From contig URMO01000002.1 in NCBI GenBank assembly GCA_900549085.1, positions 30,678-94,677 on the forward strand: a stretch of DNA of 64,000 bases. The letters run 5' to 3'. The position numbers and the translations under genes are program-made. The notes under the pieces were generated by a model. That model was not told the origin of the DNA and searched no databases. It saw only the letters and a program-made list of their open reading frames with translations. This stretch comes from an uncultured Collinsella sp. Lineage in GTDB: Bacteria; Actinomycetota; Coriobacteriia; Coriobacteriales; Coriobacteriaceae. Of the stretch, positions 48,542 through 60,460 are shown piece by piece. Positions within the stretch are counted from its first letter, which is position 1. Each line of letters opens with the position of its first letter.

Positions 48542-49483
48542 TTAGGCCAGGAACTCCTTGGTGGTCGCCACGATGTTGGCGGCGTCCAGGCCGTACTTGT
48601 GCAGGAGCTCGGCACCCGGGCCGGACTCACCGAACGTGTCGTTGACGCCGATCTTCTTGAGCGGCGTCGGGCACTGCTCGCACAGGACGTCGGCAACGGC
48701 GCTGCCCAGGCCACCGATCACGGAGTGCTCCTCGACGGTCACGACGTGGCCGGTCTTGGTAGCGCTCTTAACGACCAGGTCGGCGTCGATGGGCTTGATG
48801 GTGTGGATGTTGATGACCCGGGCGTGGATGCCCTCGGCAGCGAGCTGCTCGGCGGCCTCGAGGGCCTCGCCGACCATCAAACCGCAGGCGATGATGGTGA
48901 CGTCGGCGCCCTCGCACATCACGATGCCGCGGCCCAACTCGAACTTGTAGGTCTCGGGGTCGTTGATGACCGGCGAGGCCAGGCGGGCAAAGCGCATGTA
49001 CACGGGACCGTCGCACTCGTAGGCGGCGCGCGTCACGGCGCGGGCCTCGACGTCGTCGGCGGGAACGATGACGGTCATGCCGGGGATGACGCGCATAAGG
49101 GCGATATCCTCGCAGCACTGATGCGTGGCACCGTCCTCGCCCACCGAGATGCCGGCGTGCGTGGCGCCGATCTTAACGTTGAGATGCGGGTAGCCAATGG
49201 AGTTGCGGACCTGCTCAAAGGCGCGGCCGGCGGCAAACATGGCAAAGGTGCTCGCGAAGGCAACGCGGCCGGTGGTCGCGATACCAGCGGCAACACCCAT
49301 CAGGTTGCTCTCGGCGATGCCCACATCGAAGAAACGATCGGGGCAGGCGGCCTTAAACTTGCCGGTCTGCGTGGCGGCGGCCAGGTCGGCGTCGAGGACC
49401 ACAAAGTCATCGTGCTCGTTGGCGAGCTCGACGAGGGCCTCGCCGTAGCTTACGCGCGTGGCGATTTTCTTGACGTCTGCCAT
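48542..49483 (-). CDS. Transketolase, C-terminal subunit
   Basis: ~313 aa from ATG MADVKKIATR. Pyrimidine-binding and C-terminal transketolase domains. The ORF-track N-terminal extension is rejected. Confidence 0.9.
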   Translation of the reverse strand: MADVKKIATRVSYGEALVELANEHDDFVVLDADLAAATQTGKFKAACPDRFFDVGIAESNLMGVAAGIATTGRVAFASTFAMFAAGRAFEQVRNSIGYPHLNVKIGATHAGISVGEDGATHQCCEDIALMRVIPGMTVIVPADDVEARAVTRAAYECDGPVYMRFARLASPVINDPETYKFELGRGIVMCEGADVTIIACGLMVGEALEAAEQLAAEGIHARVINIHTIKPIDADLVVKSATKTGHVVTVEEHSVIGGLGSAVADVLCEQCPTPLKKIGVNDTFGESGPGAELLHKYGLDAANIVATTKEFLA

Positions 49484-49484
49484 C

Positions 49485-50315
49485 CTAGAGCTCCTCTCCG
49501 GCGGCCGTGAGCTCTGCCATGGCCTGCTCGAACTGTTCATCGTTGGGGGCCTTGCCGTGCCAACCCACCTGGTTCTCCATAAAGGAGACGCCCTTGCCCT
49601 TTGTGGTCTCGGCGATAATGGCAGTAGGCTGACCCTTGGTGGCGCGAGCCTCGGCAAAGGCGGCGCGGATCTGATCGAAGTCGTTGCCGTCGGCAAGCTC
49701 CACCACGTGGAACTTAAAGGCGCGGAACTTGTCTGCCAGCGGCATGGGGTCGTTGACCTCCTCGACGGGACCATCGATCTGCAGGCCGTTGTGGTCAACA
49801 ATCACGCAGAGGTTATCGAGTTGCTGGTTGCCGGCAAACATGGCGGCCTCCCAGACCTGGCCCTCCTCGCTCTCGCCATCGCCCAGCAGGGCGTACGTGC
49901 GATAAGTATCGCCCCAGTGCTTGGCGGCAACGGCCATGCCCACGGCGGCGGAGATGCCCTGGCCGAGCGAACCGGTGGACATGTCGACGCCCGGGGTGTC
50001 GTTCATGTTGGGGTGACCCTGCAGGTGGCTGCCGATATGGCGCAGCGTCTCGAGGTCCTCCTTGGGGAAGAATCCGCGCTCGGCGAGCACGGCGTACAGG
50101 CCTGGAGCGCAATGACCCTTGGAAAGCACAAAGCGGTCGCGATCGGCCTTGCGGGGATCGGCCGGGTCGACGTTCATTTCCTCAAAGTACAGATAGGTCA
50201 TGATGTCGGCGGCGCCGAGCGAACCGCCCGGATGGCCGGACTTGGCAGCGTGCACGCCGGTGACGATGCCCTTCCTTACCTCGTTGGCAACCTTTTTGAG
50301 CTCTTCGTCGCTCAT
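49485..50315 (-). CDS. Transketolase, N-terminal (TPP-binding) subunit
   Basis: 276 aa. GHPGGSLG TPP motif and the GDG...E Mg-binding region. Confidence 0.9.
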   Translation of the reverse strand: MSDEELKKVANEVRKGIVTGVHAAKSGHPGGSLGAADIMTYLYFEEMNVDPADPRKADRDRFVLSKGHCAPGLYAVLAERGFFPKEDLETLRHIGSHLQGHPNMNDTPGVDMSTGSLGQGISAAVGMAVAAKHWGDTYRTYALLGDGESEEGQVWEAAMFAGNQQLDNLCVIVDHNGLQIDGPVEEVNDPMPLADKFRAFKFHVVELADGNDFDQIRAAFAEARATKGQPTAIIAETTKGKGVSFMENQVGWHGKAPNDEQFEQAMAELTAAGEEL

Positions 50316-50522
50316 TGTGCCTTCCTTTCATCCTCATTAGACAAAATGCGCACGGCACCGAAGGTAATCCCAACACAGCCGCAATGCACGTACGTCATTC
50401 ATTATGCTGGAAACTGAAGGCTTTACCAGAGTTTTTATCATTATTTGAACAATTTAGCAGGCAGAACCGCTGATGAAACGGTTTATCAATGTGAACGTCT
50501 TTTGGATGGAACGCAGCCGGCC

Positions 50523-51413
50523 CTACGCGTTAATGTCCTTGAATCCCTCACCGAAGGCTTCCGTAACGTCGGCGACCGTCACAATTGCGTGAGGATCGCG
50601 CTCACGCACGATCGTTTTGAGGGTATTGAGCTCTCGACGGCTAACGATCACCATGATCACCGGCTTCTCGACGCCCGAATACATACCGGTCGCCTTTAAT
50701 TTGGTGCAGCCGCGTCCTAGACCATACATGATGTCGGCCGCGATATCGGGGAAATTGTCCGAGATGATGAGCACCATACGGCGCTTATTGCCGCCATCGA
50801 CCACGGCATCGATCACATAGCCGCTGATCACCATCGATAGTCCTGCATACAGAGCATTTTCGAGCGAGAAGACCGGGGCCGATGCCGCACAAACGGCAAC
50901 GTCGATTGCCATGACGGTCGAGCCCACCGGCAACGAGGTGTTACGCGAGATGATTTGGCCAATCGTGTCCGAGCCGCCGGTGTTGGCGCCGGCGCGCAAC
51001 ACCATGCCGTAACCGATGCCCGTGATAATGCCGCCCCACATAGCGGGAAGCATCAGGTCTGCATGTGCCAGAGGCGCTACAAACGGGGCAAACAGATCGG
51101 TAAAGAAGCCCAGCAGCACAAAGCCCGTCGCCGTCTGCACCACGTAGAACATGCCGCCCTCGCGCATAACGACCAGCAGCAGCAAGGCGTTCATCACGAT
51201 GGTCTGGATACCGACGGGAAGTGACACGCCTCGCGCTGCGCCGACCGCCTGGATAATCGTCGCAAGGCCCGTAACGCCACCGGCTGCAAGACCGTTGGGA
51301 ATCAAAAACAGGTCGGTCGCGATGGCGGCCAAGGCACACCCCAACATGATCTGGGGCAGATCGTGAAAGAAGTTCATCGAAAGAATGCGCTTGATGTCCA
51401 GACGATACGCCAT
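50523..51413 (-). CDS. YitT-family membrane protein (DUF161/DUF2179)
   Basis: ~296 aa from ATG MAYRLDIKRI, which has a GAGGGAGG SD. Polytopic, YitT-like. Confidence 0.7.
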   Translation of the reverse strand: MAYRLDIKRILSMNFFHDLPQIMLGCALAAIATDLFLIPNGLAAGGVTGLATIIQAVGAARGVSLPVGIQTIVMNALLLLVVMREGGMFYVVQTATGFVLLGFFTDLFAPFVAPLAHADLMLPAMWGGIITGIGYGMVLRAGANTGGSDTIGQIISRNTSLPVGSTVMAIDVAVCAASAPVFSLENALYAGLSMVISGYVIDAVVDGGNKRRMVLIISDNFPDIAADIMYGLGRGCTKLKATGMYSGVEKPVIMVIVSRRELNTLKTIVRERDPHAIVTVADVTEAFGEGFKDINA

Positions 51414-51577
51414 GCTGCCTCCCTCAAAAAAGCGCACCCCATCGGATGCGCTTTGGACTTCTTGTATTCGATTCTACCGATTCGCCGGACAAAAACCACC
51501 CCTGTGCAGGGTATGTTCTGGATACAAAACCACCCTGCTTGGAAAGCCTTGGCCCATTCCCACATAATCTGAGCGGT

Positions 51578-52725
51578 TTATGCAGACGGGGCCTCCGCGT
51601 CAGCGTTGCCGGTAGCCCAACGGTGATAGCCAATCACAAACGGATCCAGATCGCCGTCGTCAAGAACGGCCTCGACGTTGCTGGTCTCCACGCCCGTGCG
51701 CAGGTCCTTAACCATCTGGTACGGGTAGAGCACGTAGCTACGGATCTGGTTGCCAAAACCAATTGTGGTCTTGGGTCCGCGAATCTCATCCAGGGCCTCG
51801 GCGCGCTTTTCGAGCTCAATCTCATACAGACGCGCCTTGAGGATCTGCATGCACGCGGCCTTGTTTTGAATCTGGCTGCGCTCGTTTTGACACGTGACCA
51901 CGATACCGCTGGGGAAATGCGTCACGCGCACGGCGGAGTCGGTGGTGTTGACACCCTGGCCGCCCGGGCCGCTTGCATGGTACACGTCGACGCGAATGTC
52001 ATCGGGACTAATCTCGATATCGATATCGTCGGGCAGTACCGGAATGACCTCGACGCCGGCAAACGTAGTCTGGCGGCGCTTCTTGTCGTCGGTGGGGCTA
52101 ATGCGCACCAGGCGGTGAACTCCGGCCTCGGCACGAAGCATGCCAAAGGCATCCTTGCCTTCGACGGTAAAGGTCGCGCGATCGATGCCGATAACCTCGG
52201 CCGCGGGGCAATCGTTGATGGTGACCTTCCAACCGCGGCGCTGGCAGTACTTCATGTACATCTTAAAGAGCATGAAGGTCCAGTCCTGGGCCTCCAAGCC
52301 ACCCTGTCCGGGCTTGATGGTCACAATCGCGTCGCCGTGATCGAACTCGCCGGTAAACCAGCTCGCAAGCTCAAGCTCGTCGATGGCGCGGGACAGGCGC
52401 TCCGCCGTGGAGGCAGCCTCCTCACGCAGCGCAGCGGCATCGGGGTCATCGCCCATTTCCTCGGCAAGTTCCAACGCGGCACGAGCATCGGAAAGCTCAC
52501 CGCGCGCGGTATCCACGGCGGCGATGTCCTCCTTGGCGCGCGCAATCTCCTCCATCGTGGCGCGAGCGGCATCGGCGTCGTCCCAAAAGCCCGGGGCGAC
52601 GCTTTTGGCCTCGAGCTCCGTTACGCGGGTGCGCTTCTCGTCCAAATGGAGGTACGACTCGACCTCGCCGAGTCGATCCGCAAACGCGTCCAACTCGGTG
52701 GGCGTTACCTCTAGAGTCTCGGCCA

Positions 52726-52726
<1 letters not shown>
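51578..52726 (-). CDS. prfB: Peptide chain release factor 2
   Basis: 382 aa. GGQ motif (GGQGVNTTDSAVR) and the RF2-type RISPTD...TTFAGVEV region. Continuous ORF, no +1 frameshift site. Confidence 0.9.
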
Positions 52727-55533
<2,807 letters not shown>

Positions 55534-55730
55534 GTGGTTTTCCTTTTTGGCCATCGCCCGCGGCATGAAACCTTGGACGAGTTAAACACAGATATTTGTA
55601 CTTTAGCCAAACAAGGCGTCGCCTATGCGGTCGACACGCTCGACCACGTAATAACTACGACCAACCTGCTAAAAAGAGACTGGTTTATTTTGGCAGCTTT
55701 TATCTTGGAAAACGCCGTCTCTCTGCCATT

Positions 55731-55795
55731 TGGTGCAAACCAACCTGTTCCCTTCGCACCAACCTGGTGCAATGGGGACAGGTTGGTTTGCACCA
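55731..55795. repeat. Nested perfect hairpin in the secA 5' leader
   Basis: 18-bp perfect inverted repeat TGGTGCAAACCAACCTGT ... ACAGGTTGGTTTGCACCA whose loop holds a second palindrome, GCACCAACCTGGTGC. Confidence 0.8.
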
Positions 55796-55807
55796 ATAAA
55801 AAGATAA

Positions 55808-55842
55808 GGGCCGCGCACCCAAATGGATGCGCGGCCCTTTTG
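55808..55842 (-). terminator. Rho-independent terminator of rpmE (bidirectional hairpin)
   Basis: GGGCCGCGCACCCAAATGGATGCGCGGCCC is followed by TTTTG on the + strand and by TTATCTTTTTATTGG on the - strand. Confidence 0.7.
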
Positions 55843-55874
55843 CCATGAATGCGAGTGTTTCCGCGGCGAGCTAT

Positions 55875-56300
55875 TTACTCAGCAGCCTCGGTGGTCTCGG
55901 CCTCGGCAGCGGCCTCCTCGACGGGAGCCTCTGCGGGAGCCTCGGCGGCCTGCTTGGCAGCCTCCTCGGCAAACTTAGCAGCACGCTTGGCCTTCTCGGC
56001 AGCCTTAGCCTCAGCGGCGGCCTTGCGAGCGGCCTCGGCCTCAGCAGCCTTGGCAGCCTTGGCAGCCTTGGCCTCCTCGGCCTTCTTGAGCTGGGCGGCA
56101 GCGGCGCCACCGAACTTGTCGGCGAAGCGCTGGACGCGTCCACCGGTGTCGACGAACTTCTGCTGGCCGGTGTAGAACGGGTGGCACTCGTTGCAAAGCT
56201 CAACCTTCATCTCGGACACGGTAGCGTGCGTCTTGAAGGTGTTGCCGCAGGAGCACGTCACCGTGCACTCGACATACTGGGGATGGATACCCTGCTTCAT
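55875..56300 (-). CDS. rpmE: 50S ribosomal protein L31 (Zn-binding form) with ~70-aa Ala/Lys/Glu-rich C-terminal tail
   Basis: N-terminal MKQGIHPQY...CSCG...[13 protein letters not shown] is L31; the rest is a low-complexity AKAAE repeat. AAGGAG SD. Confidence 0.85.
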   Translation of the reverse strand: MKQGIHPQYVECTVTCSCGNTFKTHATVSEMKVELCNECHPFYTGQQKFVDTGGRVQRFADKFGGAAAAQLKKAEEAKAAKAAKAAEAEAARKAAAEAKAAEKAKRAAKFAEEAAKQAAEAPAEAPVEEAAAEAETTEAAE

Positions 56301-56626
56301 GGTAGGACTCCTTATTGGTCAGGCGCTGGTTACCGATCAGCGCATAAGGCGTCTTGGTTTCCGACCAAGACAACAAACTCGGCTATGGTACCACGGCGCC
56401 GCGTGTCCCACAAAAGGTTCACGGTCTTTGCGTTGTGCATCGCGCCCAAGGCACGGCAGACGACACGACGAATCGCGGCAAACGGGCGCCTTTGCCCCTT
56501 CTCCCATGTTGCAGACGTGTAACGCCGCAGCAAAGGTGCCCTTTTTTGCGCCAGACAGGTACAATGATGAACACTGTACCGTAGCGGAGCGCCCCCGCGC
56601 GCCGCCAACACGCGAAAGGGTTTCCC

Positions 56627-56914
56627 ATGGCCGAGATCTCGTCCTCCCGCATCGTCATCACCGTCCTTGGCAAGAACCGCCCCGGTATCGTCGCCGGCGT
56701 CACCCGTGTTCTGGGCGAGGCCAACGTCGACATCCGCGACATCACGCAGTCCATTATCGAGGACATCTTTACCATGACCATGCTGGCCGACACCGCCGAG
56801 TCCAAGCTCGACTTCGTCGAGTTGCAGAAGGCCCTGGCCGAGGCAGGCGAGCTTTCGGGCGTTAACGTGTCCATCCAGCGCGAGGACGTCTTTAACTTTA
56901 TGTACCGCCTGTAG
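56627..56914 (+). CDS. ACT-domain protein (UPF0237-like)
   Basis: 95 aa; GKNRPGIVAGVT ACT motif. Confidence 0.7.
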   Translation: MAEISSSRIVITVLGKNRPGIVAGVTRVLGEANVDIRDITQSIIEDIFTMTMLADTAESKLDFVELQKALAEAGELSGVNVSIQREDVFNFMYRL

Positions 56915-56991
56915 CGAACAAACCGCTCGGGGCAGCTTGACGTCATATCGTCCAAGCGCGCCGCCCCAAAGCGGACCGGAGAGGAGCGCGC

Positions 56992-58410
56992 ATGGCCTAC
57001 GACGCCAAGAAAATCTACTACCGCTTCGACGATCACCTGAGCCGCCTGGTTCTGGATTACGAGGCGAGCCGTCAGATTTCGCCCGAAAGCGAAAACCTCT
57101 ACCACGGCCTGCCGACCGCCCCGTACGACGAGGGCTTGTTCGTAGAGCACAACGTCAAGCGCGGCCTGCGCAATGCCGACGGCTCGGGCGTGGTCGCGGG
57201 TCTTACCCGCATCTCGGACGTGCACGGCTACAACAAGGTCGACGGTAAGGTCGTGCCCGATCAGGGCAAACTCACGCTTCGTGGCTACAGCATCGAGGAT
57301 CTGGTCAACAACGCCCAGGCCGAGAACCGCTACGGCTACGAAGAGGTCGCCTATCTGCTCATCACGGGCTCTCTGCCCACCAAGGAAGAGCTTGACGGTT
57401 TTTGCGGACGCCTGGGTGCTTTTAGGCACCTGAGCGACGAATACGTCCGCGAGTTCCCCATGACCACGGTGTCGTCGAGCATCATGAATGTGCTTCAGCG
57501 CGCCGTGCTGCTGCTCTACGCCTTCGACGCCGAGCCCGACGCCATTACACCCGAGCACGAAATCGACGTCGCCATCTCCATGCTGGCGCGTCTGCCCCGC
57601 ATCGCCGCCTTTGCGCACATGGCATCGGTCGCCAAGCGCCACGGCTCGGAGATGCACGTGCCGCACCCCACACCCGGCCTCTCAACCGCCGAAACCATTC
57701 TGCAGGTCCTACGCGGCGGCATGGCGTTCACTCACGATGAGGCGATGCTGCTCGACGTGATGCTCATGTTGCATGCCGAGCACGGCGGCGGCAACAACTC
57801 CACGTTTGCCTGCCGCGTGCTGTCCTCCTCGGCCACCGACCCGTATTCCGCCTACGCCGCGGCTATCGGCTCGCTCAAGGGCCCGCGCCACGGCGGCGCC
57901 AACGCCAAGGTCGTGTCCATGCACGAGGACATCCGTGCACATGTCTCCAATTGGGAGGACGAGGACGAGGTCGCAGCCTACCTGGGCAAGATTCTCGACA
58001 AGCAGGCCTTCGACGGCACGGGTCTCATCTACGGCATGGGCCACGCCGTCTACACGCTGAGCGACCCGCGCGCCGAGGTCTGCCGCCGTTACGCGCGCTC
58101 GCTGGCAGCCAAGAAGGACTTGGGCGAAGAGTTCGCACTCATCGAGCGCATTGAGCGCCTGGCACCCCAGGTCATGCGCGACCACGGCATGACCAAGCCC
58201 ATCTGTGCCAACATCGACCTGTACACGGGCTTTATCTACAAGATGCTCGGCGTGCCCGAGACGCTCTTTACGCCGCTATTCGCCGTCGCCCGCATGGCAG
58301 GCTGGTCGGCGCACCGCATGGAAGAGCTCTTCTGCGCGCACCGCATCATCCGCCCCGCCTACCGCCCGGTTATCGAGCCGCTGGAGTACAAGCCGCTCGC
58401 CGATCGCTAG
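56992..58410 (+). CDS. Citrate-synthase-family protein
   Basis: 472 aa. LHAEHGGGN (cf. LHADHE), GMGHAVY (cf. GFGHRVY), and the ...NIDLYTGFIY...FTPLFAVARMAGW C-terminal signature. GGAGAGGAG SD. Confidence 0.7.
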   Translation: MAYDAKKIYYRFDDHLSRLVLDYEASRQISPESENLYHGLPTAPYDEGLFVEHNVKRGLRNADGSGVVAGLTRISDVHGYNKVDGKVVPDQGKLTLRGYSIEDLVNNAQAENRYGYEEVAYLLITGSLPTKEELDGFCGRLGAFRHLSDEYVREFPMTTVSSSIMNVLQRAVLLLYAFDAEPDAITPEHEIDVAISMLARLPRIAAFAHMASVAKRHGSEMHVPHPTPGLSTAETILQVLRGGMAFTHDEAMLLDVMLMLHAEHGGGNNSTFACRVLSSSATDPYSAYAAAIGSLKGPRHGGANAKVVSMHEDIRAHVSNWEDEDEVAAYLGKILDKQAFDGTGLIYGMGHAVYTLSDPRAEVCRRYARSLAAKKDLGEEFALIERIERLAPQVMRDHGMTKPICANIDLYTGFIYKMLGVPETLFTPLFAVARMAGWSAHRMEELFCAHRIIRPAYRPVIEPLEYKPLADR

Positions 58411-58497
58411 GATGCGGACCGTTATAGAACCCGAGCGTGGCCAGGGCATCACCACCCTCGGCCACGCTTTTTATGCCAGTAGAAAGGATCGCAGCGA

Positions 58498-59340
58498 ATG
58501 ATTGTGTTTTCCGATATGGATGGAACGCTGCTGACGAGTGATAAGCAGATGAGCGACGCCACCTGGGCGATGCTTGACGAGCTTGCGCGACGCGGTATTG
58601 AGTTTGTGCCCTGCACGGGGCGCCCGCTGTCGGGCGTCTTTGAGCCCATCCTCGCCCATCCCGCCGTGCACTATGCCGTCTGCGCCAATGGCGCCAGCGT
58701 CTGGCAGCTCGACGACGATGTGCCCAACGATGCCTCGCGCGCCACGTGCGTATTGAGCCGTCCGCTCGATTGCGGCATTGCCCATCGCATCCATCGCATC
58801 GCCGCCGGCCACGATGTGACCTTCGATATCTTCGCGGATGGGCGGTGCTTCCTCCCCCGCTCGCTCTACACGCGCCTGGACGAATTCTGCGGCGGCGACC
58901 CCCATATCGCAGCCTCGCTCAAGCGCACACGAACACCGATCGACATGGATATCGACAGCAAGATCGACGAGGTCGAGACACTCGAACGCATCGCCATGTA
59001 CTGGCACGACCCGGCCGATCGCGACGCCATCGCGGCGGAGCTCGACACGCTCGGAGGCATTGAGGTCACGCGTTCGTACGCCATGAATATCGAGGTCATG
59101 GGCGAGGGTGCCACCAAGGGAACGGCATTGGCTTGGCTATGTGGGCATCTGGGCGAGTCTCTCGCCGACGCTTGGGCGTTCGGCGACAACATCAACGACA
59201 TCCCCATGCTGCAGGCAGCGGGCCATGGCATGGCCATGATCAACGCCGAGCCCGAGGACCGCGAGGCCGCCGACGCCATCACCGAATACGACAACGACCA
59301 CGACGGCGTCGCCCGCACCATCATGGCCGCCCTCGCCTAG
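58498..59340 (+). CDS. HAD-IIB (Cof-type) hydrolase
   Basis: 280 aa; DMDGTLL motif I and GDNINDIPM motif IV. Confidence 0.8.
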   Translation: MIVFSDMDGTLLTSDKQMSDATWAMLDELARRGIEFVPCTGRPLSGVFEPILAHPAVHYAVCANGASVWQLDDDVPNDASRATCVLSRPLDCGIAHRIHRIAAGHDVTFDIFADGRCFLPRSLYTRLDEFCGGDPHIAASLKRTRTPIDMDIDSKIDEVETLERIAMYWHDPADRDAIAAELDTLGGIEVTRSYAMNIEVMGEGATKGTALAWLCGHLGESLADAWAFGDNINDIPMLQAAGHGMAMINAEPEDREAADAITEYDNDHDGVARTIMAALA

Positions 59341-59366
59341 CAGCATCAACCCGGCAGGGTAGCTAA

Positions 59367-59445
59367 GTAGTCGTTGGGGACACTCCTCGCGGGGCGCCGC
59401 AAAGACTGTCCCCGGCTGCCGACAGAAAGGGAACGTCCCCATCTG
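59367..59445. repeat. Family-3 palindromic element, copy b (degenerate)
   Basis: TAGTCGTTGGGGACAC ... GTCCCCGGCTGCCGAC ... GAACGTCCCC. Confidence 0.7.
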
Positions 59446-59450
59446 CCGGA

Positions 59451-60245
59451 TTAGGCGAGGCTCTCCAGAACACGGCGGAGTTCCTGCTGGACAGCGTGGT
59501 CGCGGTTGCAGCCTACGACGCGATCGGCAACCGCTTTGAGCGCGGGGCGCGCGTTTTCCATCGCGCAGCCCGTGCCGACAAAGCGAATGATCTCGTAGTC
59601 GTTCATCGAGTCGCCAAACGCCATGATCTCGTCGCGTCCAATGCCGTAATGCTCCGCGAGCTGTGCGATGCCCGAGGCCTTCGACACACCGGGCTGCATG
59701 GCATCGATCCACGCGTTGCCCGAAGGTGCAAAAGTAAAGAGCTGGCCAAGTTCACGCTGTAGCACGTAGGCGCTGTCCATAACGACACCGTCATCGCAAA
59801 AGATACTCGCCTTGATGATATTTACGCTGGGATCGGGCAGCTCCCAAATACGCTCGGCATTGGGAAGGTCCTTATCGACCTCACGCACGAACTTGCACTC
59901 GTCATCGAGCAGGAAGGACTTGGTTCGGTCAAAAAGCGCAAGATGCAGATTGGGAAACGTCGCGACAGCCTGGGCGAGCCTTCGAATCGCCAGGTGCGAA
60001 TACACCTCACGGTCTACCATTTTGCCGTCGGCGTAGACCTGGGCACCGTTAGCGGCGACAAAGTCCATCTTGTCGCGAACGGGCGCAAAGAACTCGCACA
60101 GGCGATCGTAGCGGCGACCTGACGATGCGGCGAAATGCACGCCATGCTCGTGTAGCGCCAGAATCAGTTCGTAGGTCTCGGGAGGCACCTGGCTGTTTTC
60201 GTCAAGCAACGTGCCGTCCATATCGGATGCAATCAGTTTAAACAT
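59451..60245 (-). CDS. HAD-IIB (Cof-type) hydrolase
   Basis: 264 aa; SDMDGTLL and GDSMNDYEI motifs. AAGGGAG SD. Confidence 0.8.
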   Translation of the reverse strand: MFKLIASDMDGTLLDENSQVPPETYELILALHEHGVHFAASSGRRYDRLCEFFAPVRDKMDFVAANGAQVYADGKMVDREVYSHLAIRRLAQAVATFPNLHLALFDRTKSFLLDDECKFVREVDKDLPNAERIWELPDPSVNIIKASIFCDDGVVMDSAYVLQRELGQLFTFAPSGNAWIDAMQPGVSKASGIAQLAEHYGIGRDEIMAFGDSMNDYEIIRFVGTGCAMENARPALKAVADRVVGCNRDHAVQQELRRVLESLA

Positions 60246-60411
60246 AGAAAAGCTCCCTTCGGGCTTGTTGGAATCGAACGTGTATCCAATTCCAACGTAC
60301 CCAAAGGGAGCTCAGGTAAGACTCCGCGGGCGCAAACGTTACAAGGACCTAGCAAATAGCTCACGCGCGCCAGGGGTCCCACAGTCGCAGCGCCTGGCAA
60401 CACGTAAAGAG

Positions 60412-60460
60412 TGTCCCCGACGACTAGCCGTTTAAGAACGTCCCCGATGACTAGTCGGCG
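60412..60460. repeat. Family-3 palindromic element, copy c (overlaps the ade stop codon)
   Basis: GTGTCCCCGACGACTAGCCGTTTAAGAACGTCCCCGATGACTAGTCGGCG. The ade TAG stop is the reverse complement of CTA inside GACTAGTC. Confidence 0.8.
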
